Source of the DNA: a virus
Taxonomy: Duplodnaviria; Caudoviricetes
Length of the DNA stretch: 25,575 bases
Direction: 5' to 3' (one strand)
IMG/VR virus record: IMGVR_UViG_3300025606_000018
Coordinates: 1 to 25,575 of that record
Shown: positions 1 through 8,254 of the stretch, in pieces
How the letters are laid out: every line of letters starts with the position of its first letter
Position numbering within the stretch: the first letter of the stretch is position 1
Made by a program: the position numbers and the translations under genes
The notes under the pieces: generated by a model
The model's input: the letters and a program-made list of their open reading frames with translations, nothing else
Told to the model about the DNA's origin: nothing
Databases searched by the model: none

Positions 1-714
1 TTTTGTTTCAAGCTTGGTAGCATCGTTGGATGCTAGGACCACCGACACGCAGGCGCACTTAGGATTCTCGCTTGCGGCTCGGTATGCCCAAAGCTGGGCG
101 CAATCCGTATCGTAGAAAGGATCGTACTTAGGATTAACTTTACGATTCTTTAGGTCGATGATAGCGTCACCAACACCGCGTAGCTTGACGTAGGCATCAC
201 ACCTGCCCGCATACCCTCCGCCGACAAGACCCTTTTCGCACCAGTATGTTTTCTCGACATTCTTTTCTGCCCACTCGCTGAATGTTTTGATGTACGGAGC
301 AAGTGTTTCATCTCTGGATACGGCTCTTCCAAGGAGGATGTTTTCCATTTCGGTGTGCATTTTCGTGCCGTGTTCAGCTGCCTTCGTTGTTGACTCTTTA
401 GAGTCCTTAACCACTCTTCGAGCGTAGGTTTCGAGCGTTTCATCTGCCTCCTTCGGAAGTGTGAGCGAGGACATAATTGCCTGCTCTATCTTCCACGCCG
501 TCAATTGCGGCTTATCCATAATGCCAAGTACGCTGGTTACGGATGGGTACAATCCCATCTGGCGTGCATCGGCTACGGTTGTGTTTCTTTCTTTTCCGTT
601 CTTGCCAATCACAACGTGGGCGGATTCACCCTCGGCTGTGTACCAATGTCCCGCCTGGTCAGTAGAGACCAGACGGGAATTAGTAGGCTCTTTCGCTGTG
701 ATTGTAAGAGCCAT
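1..714 (-). CDS. PD-(D/E)XK exonuclease-like protein (RecB/Cas4-like fold), 3'-truncated by the window edge
   Basis: Hand-translated from the ATG at 714, open to position 1 (238 codons, no stop, hence absent from the ORF track). Motifs: MALTITAKEP...GHWY...YPSVTSVLGIMDKPQLTAWK...HGTKMH...WCEKGLVGGGYAGRCDAYVKLRGVGDAIIDLKN...AQLWAY. The PSVT, GTxxH, E, GxxD, DxK and QLxxY elements are typical of phage RecB-like exonucleases. Confidence 0.85.
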   Translation of the reverse strand, partial: MALTITAKEPTNSRLVSTDQAGHWYTAEGESAHVVIGKNGKERNTTVADARQMGLYPSVTSVLGIMDKPQLTAWKIEQAIMSSLTLPKEADETLETYARRVVKDSKESTTKAAEHGTKMHTEMENILLGRAVSRDETLAPYIKTFSEWAEKNVEKTYWCEKGLVGGGYAGRCDAYVKLRGVGDAIIDLKNRKVNPKYDPFYDTDCAQLWAYRAASENPKCACVSVVLASNDATKLETK

Positions 715-719
715 TTGAT

Positions 720-1361
720 TTAGAATGGCACTTGGTTGCCGTCTGCGTCCACCTCGACCTTAGTGGCCGTGGATTTGCCAGCAGCGGTAGCAAATTCTTT
801 GGATGCGCGGATCTTCTCCTGCAACCAATCGGGCATATCGTTAAACTGACCAGCCTCACCCTGCTCGATCTCGTAATACAACTGATCGTTGGTGGTGGTA
901 GCTGGTGCTTTCATACCCTTGGGGAGTTTCGATGCACCTGCGATTGCGCAGTATTGCCGACCCTGCTGGCTGGTCTTGTGGATCAATGTCAGCATTGCTG
1001 GCTTGCCAAGTAAATTCTTCAAGCTGAATGCTTGGAGTTCCTTGGCGGTGAAGGTCTGACCGCGCCATTGTTCGAGAAGCTTGCGAAGGCTGGCTTTCTC
1101 GCCAAGGCTGCGGGTTTGCTCGATGGATACTACCATCGGCTTTTCAACCTTTGTCGTCTTGCCGTTCTCAACCACCTCAAACTCATCGGTTTGATCGGGC
1201 AACTCAAAGGTCAAGCGGACTTTAGGTGTCCACTTCTCTTGGTTGTCCCAATTGGTTTTCTGGTGGCCTAGATCGACTAGGCTGTAAAGAACGCCAACAG
1301 TTGCGCCAGCTTCGGGCAACTTGCGTTCCATTTTCTGCGATTCACTTATGGTTAATGCCAT
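720..1361 (-). CDS. Phage ssDNA-binding/replication-recombination protein (SSB-like)
   Basis: 213 aa with an AAGGAG SD. Pattern VDLGHQ...KVRLTFEL...SLGEKASLRKLLEQWRG...LLGKPAML is common in phage replication modules. Acidic/aromatic C-terminus (DADGNQVPF) resembles SSB tails. Lies next to the exonuclease. Confidence 0.6.
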   Translation of the reverse strand: MALTISESQKMERKLPEAGATVGVLYSLVDLGHQKTNWDNQEKWTPKVRLTFELPDQTDEFEVVENGKTTKVEKPMVVSIEQTRSLGEKASLRKLLEQWRGQTFTAKELQAFSLKNLLGKPAMLTLIHKTSQQGRQYCAIAGASKLPKGMKAPATTTNDQLYYEIEQGEAGQFNDMPDWLQEKIRASKEFATAAGKSTATKVEVDADGNQVPF

Positions 1362-1374
1362 TGTAGTATCTCCT

Positions 1375-1836
1375 TTATTTATTTGGGTTTAGTTTTGGTT
1401 GTATGTATGGGGTAAGTTCGTCTTGATTGTGTACCCAAAATCCAGCACCGACCGTGGTTGACATAGGATTGTTTGGTACATACTCGATCTTCACATTTGC
1501 AGGCGCAATTTGTCGAGCTAATTCGCAGACGCTGTCTGCGGTCAGTATGACTAGCCACTCTTTGCGACCATTACGGCGGAAGAATACTGCTGGGATCTTG
1601 CCCTTCGGACAATCACGCTTGGATTGTTCCATCCACTCTTCGGGCTTGATGGCTTGGCAACGCTTTCCCTCAATATGAAAAGGGAAGTTCTCGCAGACTA
1701 CATCACCGCTACCACCCTCTGGATTGCCTGCGAACTGTTGACTACGGCGAGCCTTCTGCCAACCCTGCTCTCGCAGGTAGTTTGCTAATTCTCGTTCACC
1801 CGCTGCGCCTTTAGCCCGACTATTGATTTTGCCCAT
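1375..1836 (-). CDS. Holliday junction resolvase, Hjc-like PD-(D/E)XK nuclease
   Basis: NSRAKGAAGERELANYL...GDVV...HIEGKR...PAVFFRRN..EWLVIL matches the phage Hjc-type signature (KGxxxERE, D, ExK). Confidence 0.8.
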   Translation of the reverse strand: MGKINSRAKGAAGERELANYLREQGWQKARRSQQFAGNPEGGSGDVVCENFPFHIEGKRCQAIKPEEWMEQSKRDCPKGKIPAVFFRRNGRKEWLVILTADSVCELARQIAPANVKIEYVPNNPMSTTVGAGFWVHNQDELTPYIQPKLNPNK

Positions 1837-1840
1837 TGGT

Positions 1841-1872
1841 TGGGTTTAGCTGTCAACCCATATCAGTGTCGA
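1841..1872 (-). promoter_or_regulatory. Possible promoter/operator: inverted repeat TGGGTT-N8-AACCCA with sigma70-like hexamers
   Basis: Inverted repeat at 1841-1860. Minus-strand TCGACA (1867-1872) is 18 nt from TAAACC; TTGACA (1851-1856) lies inside the repeat; AT-rich tract upstream; sits in the intergenic gap before the resolvase. Confidence 0.3.
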
Positions 1873-1890
1873 TATATATTTTAATCTATT

Positions 1891-2070
1891 TCAGTTCCGC
1901 CAGGTCTTATTAGCTCTGCTAATATCCTCATTAAATCGTCTAATCATTGCCATCATGGTCAGTTTCTCGACTATCTTCTTGTTCTTCTTGACCCAAGCCA
2001 CAGCCTCATCAAAGGATTCTGCATCCTTCAGCCCTTCCTCGAACTTAGCCCACGCTTCTTTCTCGTTCAC
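1891..2070 (-). CDS. Hypothetical helical protein (about 59 aa)
   Basis: Track ORF is 1891..2112. A GTG at 2070 overlapping the upstream TGA (GTGA) is the more likely start: MNEKEAWAKFEEGLKDAESFDEAVAWVKKNKK... Confidence 0.55.
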   Translation of the reverse strand: MNEKEAWAKFEEGLKDAESFDEAVAWVKKNKKIVEKLTMMAMIRRFNEDISRANKTWRN

Positions 2071-2450
2071 AAGCTTTGGAATACACGCCAGTTCTGGCCT
2101 GTCGATGGGCAAAGTTTAGTTGTTATGCTTTTGCACTTGGCGATTGGCAACAACCAGAACAAATCATCATTCATGCCCCAGCACGCCACATAATCCACTC
2201 CACTGATAGCGCGCTTTGGGATATTGAATCCATTGCCACTGCTGGTAGTAAAGCGATACTTGGTGCGCCCAGGTTCTACGGTCTGCGCGGTCTTAACTTG
2301 GATGCGGTAGAACTTATTGTTCTTCTCGGCCACCACGTCGTATCCCGCAAAATCCTCGTATGGCGTAAGCACGTTGTACCCGCACCGCAGCAACGCGCCA
2401 GTAACGCGAGCCACCCCGACTGCTCCAACTTGGCGTGATGTTAATTTCAT
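2067..2450 (-). CDS. PD-(D/E)XK endonuclease (group I intron-associated/homing-endonuclease-like family)
   Basis: GAVGVARVTGALLRCGYNVLTP...GYDVVAEKNNKFYRIQVKT...VDYVAC: YD...QVK catalytic pattern and downstream D-Y/F motif of small PD-(D/E)XK endonucleases. Confidence 0.75.
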   Translation of the reverse strand: MKLTSRQVGAVGVARVTGALLRCGYNVLTPYEDFAGYDVVAEKNNKFYRIQVKTAQTVEPGRTKYRFTTSSGNGFNIPKRAISGVDYVACWGMNDDLFWLLPIAKCKSITTKLCPSTGQNWRVFQSL

Positions 2451-2488
2451 GCTTGACGGTTTCCGTTTTGTGCTAGAGACTTTTTCCT

Positions 2489-2854
2489 ATGAAAGCAATA
2501 ACAATGATAACACTGACGGCGATGCTGATGGCATCGGTGATGGCTGAAGATGATGACGCTGACGCTGCTGATTTTGTGGGAGCAGTGCTAAAACGCAACG
2601 GATTCTCGTGTGGTCGTGGATGCGTAATATCAGAGAATGGTGGAATGGCTTATTCATCGTCATCTGGTAGGTCAATAATTTCTACTGAAGGTTTCTATTT
2701 TAAGTCTGGAAGTAGTATTGTTGGGAAAGATGAAACATTCATATCGAAGTCTAGGAATTTCTTTTATGGAACTTCCGCAACGATTAAGGCTGGTTCTGCC
2801 TATATGAATGGAGACGCTGTTTGGGTTGGATCTCAAGAAGAGGATAATGATTAA
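2489..2854 (+). CDS. Exported hypothetical protein (Sec signal peptide), only plus-strand gene; moron-like
   Basis: MKAITMITLTAMLMASVMA|EDDD has a basic residue, hydrophobic core and V-x-A cleavage site. It fills the gap between minus-strand genes, shares TTAA stop bases with the hydrolase gene at 2851-2854, and has TTGACG upstream at 2453-2458. Confidence 0.7.
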   Translation: MKAITMITLTAMLMASVMAEDDDADAADFVGAVLKRNGFSCGRGCVISENGGMAYSSSSGRSIISTEGFYFKSGSSIVGKDETFISKSRNFFYGTSATIKAGSAYMNGDAVWVGSQEEDND

Positions 2855-3618
2855 GCTCCAAATATTGCGAGCCTATTTCGTATTCTGCTTTCGAGTCCAC
2901 CGATAAACTTCTTTCTGGCTGGATTGCGTTCAGCCATTCGGTATTCGTCTTCAAGTTGGGCTTGGCTGGCTGCACGCATTAACGCTTTTGGGTCAACTTG
3001 GTTAATTGCTTGCAATGTCTTCGGACCTAATCCTCCGTCAACAGCTACCTTCTGCCCTAGCGTGTTTAATCCTTGCTGGATGTACTTCGTTGCACCGCCC
3101 ATCCCACGATTAAACGCGAGATCCTGCGCGAATGGCTGGACTGCTTCTGGCAACTTTGAGACGAATGGGCTGGTGTACTCCTTGACGTACTGCGCTGCAG
3201 CCTGCGCTCTTTCTTGCGCTGGGAGCGATGAGATTCTTTTGAAGGCATCTGGATGATACTTGTCGTTAATACCAGCAACCTCAAAATTACCACCCATATC
3301 TCCTGCTGGCAATTTATAGACTTGCACGTTGCCCTGCTTGTCCTTCCTTGCCTCAAAATCAATCGTCTTTAACGCTGCTGTTTGTAGCGCATCTTGCTCT
3401 GGTTTTGTTTGCATAGGTTGCTGTTCCTCTATAAATTCAAGTGTTGGTTGCTCTGGAGTGACTTGGGGCATTTGCTTGGCGTATTCTCTGGCCTTTTCAA
3501 TTGGAGCGATCCTTCTTACCTCTTCTGGCACTGGCTCGTATCCAGTTCCAGTAAGCTCCCTAGCCACCATATCGTTTCTCAAGGAGACATCCTTGGATGG
3601 GTTTACTGAAAATCTCAT
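2851..3618 (-). CDS. Peptidoglycan hydrolase, GH108-like lysozyme with PG-binding C-terminus and Q/P/E-rich N-terminal extension
   Basis: IDFEAR...GDMGGNFEVAGIN (variant of EGG..DPGGxTxxGI), DLAFNRG.GGA.KYIQQGL, VAVDGGLGPKTLQAIN, RKKFIGGLESR. ATGA overlap with the upstream gene. Confidence 0.8.
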   Translation of the reverse strand: MRFSVNPSKDVSLRNDMVARELTGTGYEPVPEEVRRIAPIEKAREYAKQMPQVTPEQPTLEFIEEQQPMQTKPEQDALQTAALKTIDFEARKDKQGNVQVYKLPAGDMGGNFEVAGINDKYHPDAFKRISSLPAQERAQAAAQYVKEYTSPFVSKLPEAVQPFAQDLAFNRGMGGATKYIQQGLNTLGQKVAVDGGLGPKTLQAINQVDPKALMRAASQAQLEDEYRMAERNPARKKFIGGLESRIRNRLAIFGA

Positions 3619-6600
3619 TGTTTCTCGCCTCGCTTAATTCTATTGCCATATTTTGATATAAACTGCTTCCGCACATCATCGCCAACTTGAGCATAGGCAC
3701 TACGCAATACGATCACCTTGTCCTCGTCCTTCATTCTCTTGAAAGTCTTGTCATCAAACATAGCCTCTGCTGCCCTTCTGTTTGCCCTTCCGCGCATCCT
3801 TGCGTAATCCTCGTATAGCTCTGGATCAAGCCTATACTTAACATTATCAAGCGTGAAATTACGAAGTGGTTTTGGGGGAACAACGTCACCATCATCCGTT
3901 GCCTTGAATATCTTGTAGATTCCAAGCGTGATTGGATCGTATGAAATCTCTCGGCCTTTCGTAACGTCAAAGAAATTGTATGCAATTGGATCTGCGCCTT
4001 CTGGAGTTTGAGGAACTTCTCTGCCCCAAATGTCAATCCTCCTTGGCATATCCTCATCCATACTTGGCAACCTTCTGCTCAACACTTCTCCAAATACGTT
4101 AATCATTCTTTCAACACCATCTCCAGGCACATCCTTGATTTGGAACTTCTCTGGCATTGTTTCCCGCATAGACCTAGAAACTGCGGTAAGAGTGTTTGGG
4201 AATGGAATGGATGCTACAACTCCGTAGTAATCTGAAATCCATTTGTCAAGCGTTGCTCCACTTCCATCCAACATTGCTGAAAGCAGGCTATTCGTACCCT
4301 TTAAGAAGCTTTGGTTAAATGCAAACGATAGTGTCTCTGGCAATAGTGATGAAAGTTCAAGACCACCTTCCTTGCCTTGCTTGGTTGCATCCATTGCAGA
4401 ATTGATTATGGAAAGAATTGCTCCAGTGATACCCATTTTGTCCAATGATATAATTTTATCACCAGGCTCAATTGCGGTGGATTCTCCATTTGCGAACCTA
4501 TTCAACGCTGACATATTTATATTTCTTGGAGCAAGAGTTTGATATTGCACATCTCTTACTTTTTCAGATGTTGCTGGCTTTCCACCAATGATTCCTTCAT
4601 CTGATAGTGTTTTTGCAACTCCAATCAATACCGATCCTGTTAATGCCTTTCCAATCATCATTTGAGATGTTCTGTAATCTTTTGATTGTGCGGCACGAAC
4701 AGCCTTAACCAAAGCATACGGAGGAAGCGAGAACTCAAGCATTTCATCAATCACGTTTGCTGGTGTCTTTGCGTATGGAATGATTGATTTGCCAATCAAT
4801 CTTGCTATTCCAGATTTGTTTCCAGCACCAAACAGATTGGCCGCGCTAAGTGCTGCCCTTGTCAATACTGTGTCTTGCTGAAATACTGCTTCTGCCGCCT
4901 CTTGCTCTATCTTTGACAACTGCTGTGTTGTCGGAAGACGAACCGCTGTTTGCAATGCTTTTCCAGTTAGGCCAGCTAATTGCGCTTGTTCCGATAGCAA
5001 CCTAGCCTGGGCTATTCTTCTAAATGGAGCGTCACCAAGTTGCAACAAACGCAACATGGTTTCGGATGGAACTCCTAGTGTTGCTTCTGTTGCCAGCCTT
5101 AACCTATCCAATGCTTGAGTTGACGCACCTCTAAATCCTTTTTGAATTGGCTTTGCTAGACCTTCTCCTGTCCAGAATTGCTTCAACGCAGTAAGAGGTT
5201 TGAATCCTTTAATTTTCTCGCCAGATAGCAGACCTTCCGCACTTAATCCACGCCGTACACCAACAAGACCTTCACCAATCCCGCGTAGTCCAGCTTTGCC
5301 AGCTTCAATTGTTCTTGTTATTCCACCAGTTGGAGGAGCAATTAGCCTTGGTCCTAGCTCTTTGCCAGAAAGCTTTTGAAATGCTCTGCTAATTTCCTGC
5401 GTCAAGAATGCACCCTGTCTGCTAGCCATGCGAAGAGGCGCGTTAATTACATTGCTCCAAATATTTGTTGTAAGAGATATTGGGGAAAGAAGATTGCCTT
5501 GAATAATCGTTGGTAATGTTTCGGCGAATAGCTTCTTTGGGATAAGCCTACCTTCAACGACTTGTAAATCATATAGTGATTTTGTGTAATTCTTTTCGGC
5601 ATTGATTGCTGCCTTTATATCAACATCATTAAGGCTATTCCTAGCCTTTTCAGCCAATGAATTAAATTTATTTTCAGCACTATTGGAAAGTTTCTTTAGG
5701 TTGGCAATCCTTCCAGCCATAGCCTCATCTATTCTGTATCCACTCTTTTCAACAACCTTTGCAACCGCGCTTGCATAAGCAGTAGGTTGCATTTTGATTA
5801 ACTTAAAAACATTAAGTCTTTGACCAAGATCAGTCCCAGGCTTGGTAACCATCTCAAGATATTGGTTTGCACGAACAGCGTCACCAGCATCGGCGTACCG
5901 CTTGTACATAGTGACTTTTGCCACATCGCCAACAATGTCATTCCTTGAGTTTGCTGCGCTTATAACATCTTCGTTTGGAAGATCCAAGAATTGCTGTTCC
6001 AGTTCCTTAATTGATTTGGTCTTGTAAAGAACATCACCTTTAGCCACCTCGCGCATCGTTGCCTCTGGAGCTAACTTCTGCTCAATGATCCTCTGTGGGG
6101 TCTTTCTAATCTTCTCGCCAACACCTGGAGTTGGAAGCTGAATGGGTTTTGCCTCCTTTCCGACAGTTTGTGTTGCCTTGATTAAAGACTTGTCAAATAC
6201 TGCAACATTTTTTTCACCAATAGCTCCAATTCCTCCAACATCCCTCATATAAATTCCGTCAAATCCAGCATTTTTTATTTTATTCAGCCAACCCGCATTT
6301 TCAATATAGGCTGCATCCCATAGTCTATCGGAATCTTCTGCCCCAATCTTTGCCAAATGTTGCGGGTTTTCTGCATCAAATATATTTTTTGCAGTTACTT
6401 CAACTGGAATAACTTTTGATGTTTTTGAACTTCCCGCATATATTTTTGCTTCAGCTTTTGATGGGCTTGCAAAAATTAGTCCTAACGCATTTGGTTTTAA
6501 TTGATCTTCTATTGGCCTGCTTGTTCCGTGATAATATTGCGTTATTGGAGTTGTGATTGCTTCTGCCTTCGGAGCAACAGCCTCAACTGCCTTCGGCAAA

Positions 6601-7511
6601 GCACCCTCAACCGCTGGAGCAACAGCAGGCGCAACAGCTTCAGCAGCTTGAGTGGCTGGGCGAGTTAATGCACCAATTGCCCTTCTACCAAGTGTTGAAA
6701 TTCCACTAACAGTAGGAGTGAGAATTGATGCTACTGTTGTTGTTACTGGATATTTTTGAATATCACGCTCAAGCATTCCGCTGATTCGAGCAACTTGTTC
6801 TGGTGGTATCAATGCCCTTGCTACAGCCTCTTGTCCTTTTTGCCCTGCAATGTACCCGCCAATACCTGCAATCGCACCAGTGGCAAGTTTCGGAAGAATG
6901 CCTCCAGGGGTTAAAGCAGCGGCAGCTTCTGCTGCTGCAGCACCAGTTGTTGAAGGTATTATTTGGCTCGCCACAGTGCGTGCAATCGCGCCCAGCCTGC
7001 TCGGTTCTTCTGGCTCAAGCTCAAATGAGTCAACATTGCCATCCTTGTCGGCCTCAAAGCGCACTACCTTTCCGTCCTTGTTTCTGCCAATCGCAAAGCC
7101 AACTCCAGTGGCCTTATCCGTTCCAGACGATACGGTTTCAATGCCAAGTCTCTGCGCTTCCTTTACGGCTGGTATTGCTGGTGTCTCAATAATGCCTTCA
7201 GCCAACGCCTGTGCTGTTGGTTTGTATCCTTCCGCTATCGTTCCATCTGGCCTGCGGATCGTACCCATCGCATCCACAGCATTCCCAGACTCAATGGATG
7301 CTTGCTGTGGAGTTGCGCCAGCTTGTAGTTGACGCTGTGTCTCTTGGTCAAGAATCGCTTTGCGTTCTGGCGAGATAACGTCCTCTGGCTTTCCACCAGA
7401 TGCAAGATATTCGGCCTTAGTTAAGTTTCCAGCTTCTTCTTGTGAAAGTGGAGCAAACTCTAAATCTTGTTCCTGCTCTGGAACGAACTCAAGCTCTGGC
7501 TCTATAGCCAC
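3615..7511 (-). CDS. Large internal virion/ejection (polyvalent) protein with an ADP-ribosyltransferase-like domain
   Basis: 1298 aa, last of the ejection-gene cluster. Ala/Gly-rich membrane-like helices near residues 185-225; HGT...FAS...AKIYA...GFDGI...EKNVAVFD module at about residues 326-445; C-terminal helical region (IIPYAKTPANV, SFLKG, RIDIWGREV) typical of large phage ejection proteins. Confidence 0.75.
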   Translation of the reverse strand: MAIEPELEFVPEQEQDLEFAPLSQEEAGNLTKAEYLASGGKPEDVISPERKAILDQETQRQLQAGATPQQASIESGNAVDAMGTIRRPDGTIAEGYKPTAQALAEGIIETPAIPAVKEAQRLGIETVSSGTDKATGVGFAIGRNKDGKVVRFEADKDGNVDSFELEPEEPSRLGAIARTVASQIIPSTTGAAAAEAAAALTPGGILPKLATGAIAGIGGYIAGQKGQEAVARALIPPEQVARISGMLERDIQKYPVTTTVASILTPTVSGISTLGRRAIGALTRPATQAAEAVAPAVAPAVEGALPKAVEAVAPKAEAITTPITQYYHGTSRPIEDQLKPNALGLIFASPSKAEAKIYAGSSKTSKVIPVEVTAKNIFDAENPQHLAKIGAEDSDRLWDAAYIENAGWLNKIKNAGFDGIYMRDVGGIGAIGEKNVAVFDKSLIKATQTVGKEAKPIQLPTPGVGEKIRKTPQRIIEQKLAPEATMREVAKGDVLYKTKSIKELEQQFLDLPNEDVISAANSRNDIVGDVAKVTMYKRYADAGDAVRANQYLEMVTKPGTDLGQRLNVFKLIKMQPTAYASAVAKVVEKSGYRIDEAMAGRIANLKKLSNSAENKFNSLAEKARNSLNDVDIKAAINAEKNYTKSLYDLQVVEGRLIPKKLFAETLPTIIQGNLLSPISLTTNIWSNVINAPLRMASRQGAFLTQEISRAFQKLSGKELGPRLIAPPTGGITRTIEAGKAGLRGIGEGLVGVRRGLSAEGLLSGEKIKGFKPLTALKQFWTGEGLAKPIQKGFRGASTQALDRLRLATEATLGVPSETMLRLLQLGDAPFRRIAQARLLSEQAQLAGLTGKALQTAVRLPTTQQLSKIEQEAAEAVFQQDTVLTRAALSAANLFGAGNKSGIARLIGKSIIPYAKTPANVIDEMLEFSLPPYALVKAVRAAQSKDYRTSQMMIGKALTGSVLIGVAKTLSDEGIIGGKPATSEKVRDVQYQTLAPRNINMSALNRFANGESTAIEPGDKIISLDKMGITGAILSIINSAMDATKQGKEGGLELSSLLPETLSFAFNQSFLKGTNSLLSAMLDGSGATLDKWISDYYGVVASIPFPNTLTAVSRSMRETMPEKFQIKDVPGDGVERMINVFGEVLSRRLPSMDEDMPRRIDIWGREVPQTPEGADPIAYNFFDVTKGREISYDPITLGIYKIFKATDDGDVVPPKPLRNFTLDNVKYRLDPELYEDYARMRGRANRRAAEAMFDDKTFKRMKDEDKVIVLRSAYAQVGDDVRKQFISKYGNRIKRGEKQ

Positions 7512-7514
7512 TGC

Positions 7515-8246
7515 TTACTGCCTCGCTTGCAGTCTACCTGGTTTTCCGTTGATATAAATAAGTTGCCCAGGCTTTACGCCTGCTGCTTTTGCTTCTTGCA
7601 GACTATTGAAATTCTTTGGTGCTTCTGGCTGTGCTGGTGCTTGCGCTGGAGTCTCTGGAGCAACTCTCGGTGTTGCTTGCGGTGTTGCTTGTAACGGCAT
7701 TGCTTCAGATTGATAATCTGGAACATTGGTTTCCATCTGACCCGCTTGTCTGTTAAAGCCAAGTTCTGCAAGCTTGTTCTTGTAGACACCAGATTCAGCC
7801 TCTATGTCTTTTAGGACATCAGCGCGTGGTTTAGCTCCAACCAATCCAAGACCAGCTTCCATTGCAAATGTGCGTTTGTCACCCTTTGCCATCTCAATCT
7901 CTTGTTTTAATTTATCAGCAGAAAGCTTACGCAATCTCTCGTTGATTGCATCTCTTTGTGCTTGAATTTCCTCATTATCCAAAGAGTTTTGATTTGAAAT
8001 TGTGCTTCCTATTCCAGCCAAATAAGGCGCAAACGCTGGGTCTTGGCTCAACGCTGGAAGATCCTTCAGCTTTCCTTTAACCTTCAATCCACCCTTTTCG
8101 AAACTGAAGTCAACGTCTGGTTGCTCCTTGAGTGCCATTGCGCGTTCTTCGAGGGCTTGCTTTCTCTGAGCATCAGCTACGGCTTGCTTTTGAAGCTCAT
8201 CCTGCCGAAACATATTCATCAATTCTGGTACATCTAATACGGCCAT
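7515..8246 (-). CDS. Putative internal virion/ejection protein
   Basis: 243 aa, AAGGAG SD, coiled-coil, Pro/Ala/Gln linker, C-terminal FNSLQEAKAAGVKPGQLIYINGKPG motif; position in the ejection cluster. Confidence 0.55.
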   Translation of the reverse strand: MAVLDVPELMNMFRQDELQKQAVADAQRKQALEERAMALKEQPDVDFSFEKGGLKVKGKLKDLPALSQDPAFAPYLAGIGSTISNQNSLDNEEIQAQRDAINERLRKLSADKLKQEIEMAKGDKRTFAMEAGLGLVGAKPRADVLKDIEAESGVYKNKLAELGFNRQAGQMETNVPDYQSEAMPLQATPQATPRVAPETPAQAPAQPEAPKNFNSLQEAKAAGVKPGQLIYINGKPGRLQARQ

Positions 8247-8254
8247 AAATCTCC

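Noticed and set aside
150-443. 97-aa minus-strand ORF in the track
   Set aside because: Out-of-frame shadow inside the exonuclease frame 1..714, which carries clear catalytic motifs.
1-714. Cas4-like nuclease as evidence of a CRISPR system
   Set aside because: No repeat-spacer array or other cas genes seen; solo RecB/Cas4-like exonucleases are common in phage replication modules.
6803-7557. Several plus-strand ORFs antisense to the 1298-aa gene (and similar ones across the window)
   Set aside because: Fully nested antisense to coherent phage genes, with mirror-image composition; treated as shadows.
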